A stretch of 63,687 nt of DNA, counting the filler, from Octopus bimaculoides (taxonomy: Eukaryota), in assembly GCF_001194135.2 (NCBI RefSeq). It is 6 parts of 6 records of this genome, joined end to end, with 100 filler letters (N's around TTAATTAATTAA, not from the genome) between each part and the next. Parts side by side here need not be neighbours in the genome. Positions count along the whole stretch, not along the records: positions 35,264 to 44,275 come from NC_069008.1; positions 44,376 to 55,832 come from NC_068992.1; 4 more parts are not named here. One strand, given 5' to 3'. The notes below the pieces were generated by a model that searched no databases, had not been told where the DNA came from, and worked only from the letters and a program-made list of their open reading frames with translations. This document shows positions 41,152 through 54,040 of this stretch, piece by piece; position 1 is the stretch's first letter, and each line of letters starts with the position of its first letter. Made by a program: the position numbers and the translations under genes.

Positions 41152-41510
41152 GATGATACAGGTGTCACGCAAATGGCACCTGTGCCCAGTGGCATGAAAA
41201 GCATCTTTCGAACTTTGGGCCTCGTGGAGACAAGATCTGAGTCGATTTGGCAGTATGCTGTGCTTGAGAAGACCCCATCAAGACAAATAAAACGGCAGTC
41301 AAGGAAGATACCAGTGTCACACAAACAGAACCCATGCTATTACACTTTCGGAGTGGTTGGCATTAGAAAAGGCATCCAGCTGAAGAAAGCCATTCTAAAT
41401 CAGACTGGAGCCTGGTGCAGCCTTCCAGTTTGCCAGTCCTGGTCAAAACTCCCAACCCATGCCAGCTTGGACAACAGACATTAAAATGATAATGGTGGTG
41501 ATGATGATGG
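41152..41510 (+). mobile_element. Diverged SINE-like family C copy
   Basis: GGAGTGGTTGGCATTAGAAAAGGCATCCAGCTG core and an ATG/GAT-rich tail. Confidence 0.7.
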
Positions 41511-41687
41511 TGTATATACCAAGAGAATGACAGAGGTGAGGATGTGTGTGTTTGTATTGGAAAATGTTACAACAATAATTGTTAGCGTGCAGAAAGTCAT
41601 ATGAGATGCAGGTTCAATTCCGAGGTGAACACAGTAATGATAATAATTGACAAGAATAACAGCAAAGTTTAATGTTTATGAGGATAT

Positions 41688-43493
41688 TTATTTGTCAAAA
41701 CGAAAGAAAGCAAAAGATTGACGTCCTGGAATGATTCCAAAAACCATCAAAGAATTTTCTGAAACATCCAAACCAAGAACTCTGTAAACTTCATTATTGA
41801 AACCATGAAGGAGTAAATACTGTTTGATATCTTTAGATGTTTCATGTTCAATATATCCAGGTATTTGGTAAATATTATTATCTATGTCTGCTATATAAAC
41901 ACATTCACCATGGGTGGTTAGATAAGGTCTGTAAGTATTAAAATAAGAATATGCTGGTAGTCTTATGCTCCTGACCAAACATTCCCTGTACCAAGAGATT
42001 TCATAAGGACTACCGCTGTCCCATGACCCTCTCTCTCCCTGCCCAACTACAATATCACCACCAGATGTCACTACGATATCCAACACCAACACCTCTTCTT
42101 CCATTATCTCTACCTCAACTTGCCCTGAACACACTTCACGACTGTATTTACATGTCCCACTATCAATATCAACCACATCTACATAATAACAGTATAGCAT
42201 GTCTTCCATATAACCACCACCACCACACACAAGTTGATTGCCATTGTATTTATAAATCTTTTTATAGGATTTCTCCAGGTCAATGGTTTTTAAACAATAG
42301 AGGTCTCTGGAGAAGAACATCATTTCTTTATCAAAGATGACAATGAAACATTGATCTGTCCACCGACATATGTCTAGTGGTTGTTGTTGTGGTAGTTGTT
42401 TGTGTTGAAGTATGTCACCTGTTGTTGTTCTGATTAATGTGAGACTTTCTCTAAACATCAACACACTGACATTGCCATCCAACTTAATTAGTCTACTGTT
42501 ATAATCTCTATTGTCCAGATATTCATAATTAACAGGTTCCTCGAATGCAGGAATGGAAAAAGGGACCATTGCTGTTCTATATGGAAGTCTCCTCACTGAT
42601 ATTTCATCAATTCCTGAATTATTAATCTCTGATATGTAATTACCACATCTCACCTTTAATCTACCTTTACCAATTTTTCTTCTTCCTCCATCTCCATCTC
42701 CTCCTCTGTATTCCAATTTATTAATTAATTCATTACTGAATATTTCCTTGTTTGTCCGAGATGTAATGGAAGGGAAACAAAGACCAGAATCAAGATTTAA
42801 TAACGACACAGATTCCAGAATCTTCACTTGGTCCCCATCAATCTTTATGCAATGACATTCAATCAATTCAATATGTTGACACCAGTAAATACCCCCCACT
42901 TTTCTCCATATTACACCATAAGGGATGAGACTTGACCAAACTTTAGAGGTCTTCAAATCTTCTCCATTCAGTTGAAATATTTCTTTTCTTTTAGGAACCG
43001 TGGCCATTATGTGTTTTCCTTGTGTAAAACACACACCACCAACTAAACTTGCCACATTTCTGTGACATAGCAGCTCCCCGTCTTCATCAAATATTTTAAC
43101 ATTTCCATTATTGGCTTTTTCACACACAACTGTCTTTCCTTCATCAGAAATATCAAAATCTTTTACTTGAACAGCAAATTCGTCTGTTTGTAAACGAGCA
43201 ACCGGGAAGCTTTCTCGATTCACCATAAACAACCTTTCAACATACAATTCATTCCTTCTCTGTCTCCTCCTGGCACTTCCAACAAACCTTGATCCTTTAC
43301 AGTTTATACTGGAGAAACCTACTTCATCTTTATAAATTCTTTGATTTAAAAATATTCTGTCGTATTCACCAGTCAGTGTCAAACACACAACATTCTGATA
43401 TTTAATGTAGAAACCATCTCGATCCCAATGACTATTAATGTACAGATAACAGTCATCTATAGTCATGTTGTTGTAGTCCCTGATGTACCACAT
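41688..43493 (-). CDS. Intronless 601-aa ORF, NHL/6-bladed beta-propeller-like repeats (resembles molluscan TRIM C-terminal propellers)
   Basis: Only long non-repetitive ORF in the window. Blade-like motifs: VKDFDISDEGKTVVCEKANNGNVKIFDEDGELL, PLDICRW, VLDIVVTSGGDIVV, VLGLDVSENSLMV. Frame is open upstream of the ATG to 43559. Confidence 0.8.
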   Translation of the reverse strand: MWYIRDYNNMTIDDCYLYINSHWDRDGFYIKYQNVVCLTLTGEYDRIFLNQRIYKDEVGFSSINCKGSRFVGSARRRQRRNELYVERLFMVNRESFPVARLQTDEFAVQVKDFDISDEGKTVVCEKANNGNVKIFDEDGELLCHRNVASLVGGVCFTQGKHIMATVPKRKEIFQLNGEDLKTSKVWSSLIPYGVIWRKVGGIYWCQHIELIECHCIKIDGDQVKILESVSLLNLDSGLCFPSITSRTNKEIFSNELINKLEYRGGDGDGGRRKIGKGRLKVRCGNYISEINNSGIDEISVRRLPYRTAMVPFSIPAFEEPVNYEYLDNRDYNSRLIKLDGNVSVLMFRESLTLIRTTTGDILQHKQLPQQQPLDICRWTDQCFIVIFDKEMMFFSRDLYCLKTIDLEKSYKKIYKYNGNQLVCGGGGYMEDMLYCYYVDVVDIDSGTCKYSREVCSGQVEVEIMEEEVLVLDIVVTSGGDIVVGQGERGSWDSGSPYEISWYRECLVRSIRLPAYSYFNTYRPYLTTHGECVYIADIDNNIYQIPGYIEHETSKDIKQYLLLHGFNNEVYRVLGLDVSENSLMVFGIIPGRQSFAFFRFDK

Positions 43494-43554
43494 ATAGTGT
43501 CTGACTGAATGTAAATATTGCCCAACACTGTCGAAGAAAATGATGAATTTTTTT

Positions 43555-43913
43555 ATTGTTCACAATGATAACATCATCAGCAGTAACTGTAGTATCAAGG
43601 ATATCATTATAATTTCCATGTCTATCTCTCATTAATAAAGTCTCGGGTATGTCTATTTGTTTTATTTCCTTCACACTCGAATTTATTTCATTAATATCAA
43701 TGACATACAATAAATGCTTATTTCCAACTGTACTACACACCAGTCGATCATCCGACAAAGAAGCAAAACAAAGATATCTATTTCTTGTCTGGTAAGTTAC
43801 CAACAACAATGGAAATTCCACTTTTAATGTCAACAGTTGGCATTTATAATCAGACGTAATAACCAGTGTGTTTGACTGCCATCGACACATGTTGATATCA
43901 CAATAAACTGGCT
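43555..43913 (-). pseudogene. Frameshifted N-terminal propeller segment of the same gene
   Basis: MCRWQSNTLVI...RLVCST...ILDTTVTADDVIIV aligns by eye to the C-terminal segment of the 601-aa ORF; joins it in frame if one A is removed from the A7 run at 43554-43548. Confidence 0.75.
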
Positions 43914-44023
43914 CTGGACTGGCTCTTGTGCGGGTGGCACATAAAATACAACATTTTGAGCGTGGCCGTTGCCAGTACTGCCTGACTGGCCCTCGTGCCG
44001 GTGGCACGTAAAAGCACCCACTA
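43914..44023 (+). mobile_element. 110-bp internal fragment of SINE-like family C at the 5' end of the propeller frame
   Basis: Matches copies at 19060-19290 and 40370-40440 (GTGCCACCCGCACAAGAGCCAGTCCAG); lacks both element ends. Confidence 0.85.
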
Positions 44024-44375
44024 TCAAAATATCAAATGGTATGAATTTTCTAAAACTCCTTTACGGACAAACGGTTTTCACAATAAATTTCAATTTAATC
44101 GGAATCTACATGATCTGAAGCACAGTTGTAGAAAATTTCATTAAGAAATATTTAATTTTCTCAAGGTTATGAAGACACAAATCTTTGGGACACAATCACG
44201 AAGATATGCTGAAATTTAAAAAATAATTTTTTTTTTGTTTTTGCATAATTGTATCAATTCCATTATGCAGAAGACNNNNNNNNNNNNNNNNNNNNNNNNN
44301 NNNNNNNNNNNNNNNNNNNTTAATTAATTAANNNNNNNNNNNNNNNNNNNNNNNNNNNNNNNNNNNNNNNNNNNN

Positions 44376-44422
<47 letters not shown>

Positions 44423-44970
44423 ATACGTGTGTGTGTGTGTGTGTATGTGTGCATGTGTGTGGGAGTGTGTGTCTGAGTTGCCATGAGCGAGTGGCATCCG
44501 TGTTGTTGGGAAGAGGTTTCTGTGGTCAAGTCTACTGTTTCTACTTTAAACTAAACTGTCGGAAGGATTCACGAGTGTGTGGAAGGGGGTGAGGAGGTTG
44601 TGGTGATTGAAAAACTTTGATAGCAGGAAACTAGTGAAAGAGGCTCTCCAGAGTCTAGAGAGTGGTAGCATGAGTTAAAGAAGGTGAGAGTGAGATAGAG
44701 AGATAGCTTGACACATAGCGAGATACTGAGAAAGTGATTTGCAAAGTCACACAGATCGAAGTATTTAAGAGATAAATGTGTATAAAGCAGAGCGGTGGTT
44801 TGAAAGAGATTGTGTGCTCTAGTGAGGGAAATAGTTCATTAAAAGGGACAGAGAAGTCGGAGGAAGAGTGTGTGATTGTTATGGTGTTAGTGTTGGCAGA
44901 CGTGGTAGGAGAAGGGGTGGCGATGTTAAAGTAGTGAGTGATAGATAGATGTATATATATATATATATAT

Positions 44971-45080
44971 ATAACTTCTCTTTCCCCCTCTCTCATGCAA
45001 ACGTCTGCTATGTCTCCTCATGTCTATATCATGTACACATGTACACTCTTTCTTTTGCACCCCCTTCTCTCCCTCTTTCG

Positions 45081-45125
<45 letters not shown>

Positions 45126-45215
45126 AGGTGCAAAAGAACGTGTACATGTGTACATGATATAGACATGAGGAGACATAGCAGACGTTTGCATGAGAGAGGG
45201 GGAAAGAGAAGTTAT
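44971..45215. repeat. Inverted duplication with 76-bp perfect arms between (TA)n tracts
   Basis: 44971-45046 is the reverse complement of 45140-45215; a further 12-bp match lies inward. Confidence 0.9.
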
Positions 45216-45655
45216 GAAAGGAGAGAGAGAAAGAGTGACAAGAAAAGCAAAAAAGAGGAGGTTGAGAAAGAAGAAAGGTGCGTGAATGAAAGCTGTGATA
45301 GTTATATCAGTAGGTGCGGTGTTTATAGTGGTGATTGTGTTAGTGCTGGTGATGATGATAGTGATGATGGCGGTAGTTTTAATAGTGGTCATATTGATGA
45401 TGTTATATATATATATGTATGTGTGTACGTGTGTACACATACGTGTGTGTGGGTGTGTGTGTGTGAGAGAGAGAGAGAAACAAACACAGATAAAGTCAGT
45501 GAGAGTGAAGGATAGTAAGAGAATTAAAATGAAAGTGAAAGTAAACAATGCGATAAACTACTGTAAATGACAACAAAACAAAGAAATAATACAAACACAA
45601 GCTCAAATCCAAACGTACACTGAAATATATATATGTGGGTGTATGTATGTGTTAT

Positions 45656-45706
<51 letters not shown>

Positions 45707-46383
45707 CGAGAGTCGGAGAAAGGAGCGAGTGATGGAAGAAGTTATAAAGAGAAAGTGTAAGGGTAGGTAAGAAAATGAGAAAGAGAGAGAGAGAAAAAAA
45801 ACGAGTGAGAGATTAGAGAAAGCGAGAGACAGGGTAAAAGAAAATTTGAGAGAAAAAGAGAAAGAAGGAAAAGAAGAGAATGAGGCACAAGAGTTTAATT
45901 TAGAATTATTGTTATTGTTATATTTTCATTTAAGGAGTGACGACGATATTATAAGCTGCTTCGAACTTTGTGTGGAGTGAAAACTGCTATAATTAAAGAC
46001 AGATTAAAGCGACAGGGAAAACTACATACATGTATATATTATTTGTATTATATCATATTATATATCCATCCCTCTCTTTATAAAGAATTAAAAAAAAAAA
46101 CGTTAAAAACAAAAACGTTTAAATAGATTTAGCCGCGATTATAGCCAGCAGCTATAAAGAGATTTAGTAATATAAACCCGTTTATAAACTAAACTACCCC
46201 TTATTTCAGTCCGTTTACATGGTGTTTTCAACGAGCGCCCGGGCTGGCCAGTCAAATTACATTTAGCCAAAGCAAGCCAGCCACGCATTTCAGAGTCTTC
46301 GTTCATTCAACTGCCAACCAGCCAGCCAGCCTGTTAACTACTCAGTCAGTCAACAAAAGCGCTCTCTCCATATGCCAGTGTGA

Positions 46384-46417
<34 letters not shown>

Positions 46418-47508
46418 TTGTCTATCTATCTATCTATCTGTCTATCTATTTGTCTATCTATCGATATTTATCCATCACTATTTATATATTAATCTATCTG
46501 TCCATCTATATATTTGTTTAAAACTGTCTATATCTATTTACCAATCTATATCGATCTATACCGATCTATATCTACCTATCTATATGTCTATCTCTCAGTC
46601 TATCTGTCCATCCATCCAACCACATATCCATCCATCTATAACTATATCAATCTAGTTATTTGCCTAACTATCCTATGTGTGTGAATGTGTGTGTGTATAA
46701 GTATTTGTATAACCCGCTAGCTACTGATCTATCTATCTATCCATCTATCGCTCTACTTAGCTACGAAGCGACCATTCTACTCCCACTTTTACCTTAACCT
46801 ATGTGTGTTACTCTCAGTTCGCCCGACAAGTTATATTTCCTCAGTCTATAAACTGACCTATCAATGGAAGTGTACAGTGGACGAGCTGTGAGGTTTATGG
46901 GAAATATTTATTACACCCGTTACTCTCTTCTACACGAGACAACATAGCAACTTCAGCTTCGCACAGATTTTCATTTCAACGATAATCAGTGAAACTAAAA
47001 CAACCACAACAAACATAAAAAAGCAACACTGTAACAACAACAACAGCAACAATATCTACCATACCAAACAGTTGGAGTTTACAGGACAGCTTCCAGGTGA
47101 ACGCTACTGAGATATTTTAGCTGTTTCTTTACACAAAAACCAACAATTCCGTGCGTTTTTTTTTAAAAAAAAAGAAAATATCTTTTATTCGGCGTGTCGT
47201 GGGANNNNNNNNNNTTGTGTTAAATCTACTGCTTCATTTTAAAGAAACAAAAAAATATAAGCAACTTCTAAAAAATGTATTTCTTTTATTGGATATTTTT
47301 TCCCATCTATGCAGGTAAGTGATATTGTTTTATGATTTTTTTTGTTTTGTTTTGTTCTTTTTTTTTTTTTTTTTTTGCTGTTTTCAATTTCAGAAATATC
47401 GTTTCTTTACATACCATATAATACACACATACATATATATATATACACACACACACACACATATACATATATATGCGTATGTATGTATCTGTATATAAAT
47501 ACACTTAC

Positions 47509-47550
<42 letters not shown>

Positions 47551-48399
47551 ATACATACACACGCATTTATACCTTAATATCGTGAGTAAATTACCTGGAT
47601 TTTACACAAGAAGAAAGTTACTTTGTTCCTACATTAGAAATTCAGGTACATGTACAATTCTTTCATTCCTAGAATATTCACACCTATCAGTTCATACATT
47701 ATTGTGCGTGTGTCTGTGTGTGCGTGTGTTTTTTACGTGTGCGCGTGAGTGGGAGAGTGCGTGTGTATGTGAGAGAGAAAAAGCGTGATAGTGTGTGTGT
47801 GCGTGTGTCTAATGCCTTGTTTCACACAAATTGAAAAATAAAATATAAAATGAAAACGAAAATAACTCTGATAAAGTTTTTCCTTTTCCTTTATTCTCTT
47901 TTTTTTTTTTTTGTTTCGTCATCGAAAATTTCCTAGGACAAAAGTTTATCGACATTCCAAATGCAATAACAATATTTGAAACCGAGATCCTGTTGATCAC
48001 GAGGCAAGCAACAACACAAATATGATTAAAAGAAAATTACAATGGAGACATAACTAGAAATTAAAAAAAAAAAAACAAGAAGAAACCAAACAAAACCACA
48101 TCATTTAGCTTAACTTTATTTTTATATTTATACTTTTGTTTCTTTTATTTTTTTTCAATCACGGACTCTCTCTGCGTTCAGTTTTGTCAGAATTGCAAAA
48201 TCGTGATCTTCGAAACTGAAAGAGTTTACTTGAAGAANNNNNNNNNNNNNNNNNNNNNNNNNNNNNNNNNNNNNNNNNNNNNNNNNNNNNNNNNNNNNNN
48301 NNNNNNNNNNNNNNNNNNNNNNNNNNNNNNNNNNNNNNNNNNNNNNNNNNNNNNNNNNNNNNNNNNNNNNNNNNNNNNNNNNNNNNNNNNNNNNNNNNN

Positions 48400-48437
<38 letters not shown>

Positions 48438-48896
48438 TATAATCATGTGTGTGAGTATGAATGCGTGTTCGCGTGCGAGTATGTGTGTTTGTGTGCGGAG
48501 ATATATAAGAATATTTCTAGTGTTTCACCACACTCTTCAGCAGGCGATGGTCTCTCTCTCTCAACTGACGATCTAGAGAGAGAAACTTGGAATAGCTTTT
48601 GTGAATATTTCATTCCTGTCAGAGAACTCTATACCACGTATCGAGCACTTTTTCTCTTGTCAGTATGCATTAACACGCACTACCACCCCGCACACACATG
48701 TGTGTGCATGTCAGCACGCACGCACATACACACATATAAATATGTGTATGTGTGTGTGTATGTATGTATATATATATATACATGTATATGTATGTATATA
48801 TATGTGTGTGTACACAAAAACTGTATGTATACATGTGTGTATATATGAATTTCTTTATATAGAGAGATAGATAGATACAGACAGAGATAAATTATG

Positions 48897-48937
<41 letters not shown>

Positions 48938-50136
48938 CGATACGTGTGTGTGTGTGTGTGTGGGTGTGCGTGAGCGTGTGTGGGTGAAGAGAGATTTTAC
49001 AGTGTGGCCTCACGTAAATGTTTGTATCAATTCAGTTATGCATATTAATAATAATACGTGAGTAATTGTGTCAATGTGCGTATATGCTTAACTTTAGATA
49101 TATAAGTATACATACGCTCATGTTTATGTGATTTTGTGTGTATGTATGTGTCCGTGCATGTATGTTTTTGTCTGTATATGCGTAAGTGAATGCAAGCATA
49201 TTTTATGCTTGAATGCATGTTTACAATTTTGTGCATCTGTGCAAGTGTGTATGTGCGTGTGTGTGTGTGCTTGCCTGTAAACATATACGTGTGTGAACGT
49301 CCGTATGTGTGTGTATATACATATATATATATATGGGTGTATATGTGTGTGCGTGTACGTGTCTGTGTGTGACTATATGTTTCTGCGTGTGTATGTGCAC
49401 GTGAGTGCGTGTGAGGCTATCTTCCTAAGGATGTATATATAAGTGTTTGCAAGTAGTTATGTATTGGTAACTGTACGTATGTATATGAGTGTTGGAGTAT
49501 GAGTGTGTGTAACCTTTCGGTGCTTACACGAAGAAACTCGATACTTTTGGAATATACGAAGAAATAAATACGTTTGAATATAAGAATTTGGAAATGGAAT
49601 CGGTGAAAGTAGGACCGTTTTTCAAATTGTCGTTTGATTGTAATGGAGATGATGCAAGTCAGTGAATACTTGCCAAACTTTTAACTAAAATACTTTGGAA
49701 GGACTAGACTGCGTGGAAAGAAAACAGGCAGAAAGGCAGACAGACATTGTCAGGGGAGACTGTCAAGGAATCAATCATTTATTGTACTAATCGATCGATC
49801 GGTTAATCAGAATCTATCAGTCTATCTGCCTATGTTTATAACAATCTCTCTACCTACCTATCTATCTATCTATCTATCTATCTATCTGTCTGTCAATCTG
49901 TCAGCGTGTGTATATATCTCTTTCTCTCTATATATATATCTATCTGTCGATCTGTTTATCCTTCCCCCTGTCTGTTTATCTGTCTGTCTATCTAACTATC
50001 TATATATCTATCTATGTCTATCTGTCTGTCTGTCTGTATGTATGTTTCTCTCTCTCTCTCTCTCCCTCTCTCTCTCCTTCTCTCTCTCCCCTCTCTCCCC
50101 TCTATCTCTCTTTCTCTTTCTCTCTCTCTCTCTCTT

Positions 50137-50239
<103 letters not shown>

Positions 50240-50571
50240 GTATCTACCTACACATCCACCTATCTACCTACATATCTCTGTCTTTACTTTTATTCTGCTA
50301 ATCTATCCCATTCTCTCTCTCCTCTCACTCTCTCTCTCTCTGCCTCCCCCCTCTCTCTCTCTCTCTCTCTCTGTTTAATCACACACGCACACATTTATTT
50401 ATCGTTCTCTCGGGTATCTATATTTCTCTGTTTTTATCAATATATATTTATATTTTCTGCTGTACGTACCTATGTAAGTGCGTGATGTATATAGTCTTGT
50501 GTGTGTATATATGCGTGTCAATATAAAAGTGTAGTTGTATGTTGTGATTACGCATTGAAATAGGCTCGCAA

Positions 50572-50621
<50 letters not shown>

Positions 50622-51806
50622 TCATTCATACATACACATGTGAATATACAACTATGTGTGTGTGTATGTGAGTGGGTGTGTATCTGTTTTTGAGTGTCGT
50701 TATTTGTTTGTGCGTGTGAGTGTAAATATATATAGTATACTATACTATACTATATACACTCTAACATAGTACAGTATATATATTGCATGGGTATCATCAT
50801 CTTCATATCGGAAAGCTATCGCCACAGCTATTGTAGATTAGAAACACTTCGCACAAGAAACTTCCCACGTTTGCGTACCGTTCCGCTGCACATACAGTCA
50901 GTCACTTGATCTGCTGAAAAAAACAGTCGAATCTCCCTAGCAAAGGACACATTAGCTGATGTGATTGTCAATAAAATAAGCCCTGAAAGTAATAAACAGA
51001 AAAATAAAGAAGCGGAGTAAAAGGTAGCAACGACATCATTGGCATAACTTGGAATGACGTACTTGCGTTCATATATACACACTTAATTTACATACATATA
51101 CATGCATGCATACATACATATGTACGTACATTTAAGCCGGTAGGTAGTTGCTAGACTTGGCTAGAAATAGCAGCAAGATACCCTGAAATGACTCCTGGTG
51201 TTAGAAGAATTGGGGCACATTTTTAAAAATGGTTCTGCCTATACAGTTAGAACAAATGGTCACAGATAGACCACCTCTGGTCATTAGTTTGTTTTCTCTT
51301 ATCATGAACCTTGACCGAATCAACAACAGCACGCACGTACACACGTACATTTGCACGCACGTGAGCACACACACACACACACATGCACACACACACATAT
51401 ACACACATATAATGACGTTGGCGAAAATACAGACGCTTAGACGTTCAATAAATAGAGAAATATATAGCCACATGAACACACTCTCACGCACATGTAAACA
51501 TACAAGCAAACACGTTGTTGTATTAAACCGAACGATTTCAGTTACATACGCACACACGTGCATATACACACACGTGCATATACACACATTAATATACGTG
51601 AAAACTGGCGTACACGTACATGAACACCCATATATACACAGACACTGCTGTGAACATATATACGTATACACATTGACTAATTTGTAAGCTTATCTATATA
51701 GCTGCATACGTGTTAGCATACGCAAACATTTAGACACACACACACACACACACATATATACGTATGTATGTTTGTATATATATGTGTGTGTGTTTGCGTG
51801 TGTGTC

Positions 51807-51857
<51 letters not shown>

Positions 51858-52782
51858 ATGTGTGTGTAAATTAAATTTGAGATATAAATTGCATACACAA
51901 ACACACATACACACCTACAGACACACAACTATCACACACACACCTACAGACGCACACACACACAAGTATCCGTTTATCTTATAATTCAATAATAAGACAT
52001 ACATTGGTCACCCATACACTACACATACATACACGCTCACACGAGTATGTACAGGCAAACAGATGCACAGTCACACGCACAAATCACACAGAAAGGTATA
52101 TAGGCAGTTTTATACACGCGCACATACAGAATATATATGAGTGTTTACACACGCTGTTATAGGCGTATAAATATATCGTTAATGGAATATATAGACACAC
52201 ACACACACACACACTTAATCGAGCGCGCGTGCCTACACTCAGATTCATAATCATATACGCACGTGCTTGTGTATATTTACAAGCATAGGCGATGTCTGAC
52301 ATACGACAAGGACAAAAGTATGTAACCGTGTACACATCTACGCATACACACGCTTTACACACAAATATACTAGTATGTGTAGATTCACTAATATAGCAAT
52401 GAAAACACATAAGAAATCTATACTCACACGAACATACACCAACACACACATACACGTATAGGCACAAACACCATACACACACACACCGCACACACCTCAC
52501 ATAAATACACAGAAGTATACACACACATACCCACGTACGTAGGTATGTATGTATGTATGTTCGTATGTCTGTATGAATCTATCTCTCTCTCTATCTATCT
52601 ATCTGTCTGTCTGTCTATTCATCTACAGATATATTCGATCCTCGTTTATATAAACTTACAAAAATACTTATACACAATGATATATACATACATTAGAACA
52701 TTTACAGAATCACACACACACACACACACACATTCATGGCTAATAATGAAGAATATAGCCATCGTATAATGAACCATATAAT

Positions 52783-52814
<32 letters not shown>

Positions 52815-53052
52815 GCTACAGGCAACCATAAAGAAATACATTCTAGTACACACGTATAGATAAGCTTGGAATGTCTCCACCTGTAGGTGACAGGTGTGCA
52901 ACACAACAAATACATACACATGCATATCCATATATACGTACACGTATACAAATACATGTACACACATACACACTTGTTTGCACGTTTGCACAGATGCATG
53001 AATGTACATACATACATATACACACACACATATATATACACACACATATATC

Positions 53053-53087
<35 letters not shown>

Positions 53088-53109
53088 TCTTTCATTTTCC
53101 TCTTCCTTC

Positions 53110-53260
53110 GTTTTTCTATTCTCCTAACTTTCTGTCTTTCCGACGAAGGGCTCCGCCCGAAACGTCATGCTCTCTCTCCTTCCTTTCCCGAGCGTCCAAT
53201 AACACTATCCGTATCACGTCCTCACTTTGTTGTTTTTTTGTTATTGTTTTTTGTGTTTTT
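53110..53260 (+). mobile_element. Second copy of the hammerhead-like terminal-repeat fragment
   Basis: CCGACGAAGGGCTCCGCCCGAAACGTC at 53140-53166; homologous to 2400-2545. Confidence 0.55.
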
Positions 53261-53264
53261 TTGA

Positions 53265-53302
<38 letters not shown>

Positions 53303-53489
53303 NNNNNNNNNNTATATATGGTTATAATTGTGTGTATGTGTATACAAATGTCAATATATGAAAGATGTATGTAAATATGTGAGCATACATATTTATGCAT
53401 TCGTCTCTGTCTATTTACCCATGTATCTCTCTCTAAACCTATCTCTCTCTCTATATATATATATATATCTATCTATCTANNNNNNNNNN

Positions 53490-53530
<41 letters not shown>

Positions 53531-53993
53531 ACCGCTCTAACTATCCTTCTAGCTCGGCATATGTGTGATTGTGTGTGTGTCTTAGAAGGTGTGCGTGTGG
53601 ATATCTGTTTATCTATAAGCCTACCTACTTATCTATCATTTTATCTATCTGTCTCTTTCTCTATATAAATACAGTCACACACACACACATACACACACAC
53701 ACACACACACACAAACACACACATATCCACACAAATATATACACACACATACAAAGACATATAATGCGCATCTACAAATACATAACACACATACATGGAC
53801 ATGCTCGGGTATGTGCTCAGCAAAATATTCGATGCACCAAATCGGTATTCCCTAGGTAGTCCGACAAAGTTTCTGACGTTTACGTATTTATATACACACG
53901 CACATATCTATATATGTGTACATGCATCTGTGCATGTGTCTGTATATTCATGTATGTATGCATGCTTGTTTGTATACATGTATGTAAGAATAG

Positions 53994-54040
<47 letters not shown>

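Noticed and set aside
41089-41484. 131-aa ORF
   Set aside because: Spans a foldback arm and a SINE copy.
43453-44007. 184-aa ORF as an independent gene
   Set aside because: Its ATG and first ~31 codons are SINE sequence, and its tail is out of frame after the A7 run.
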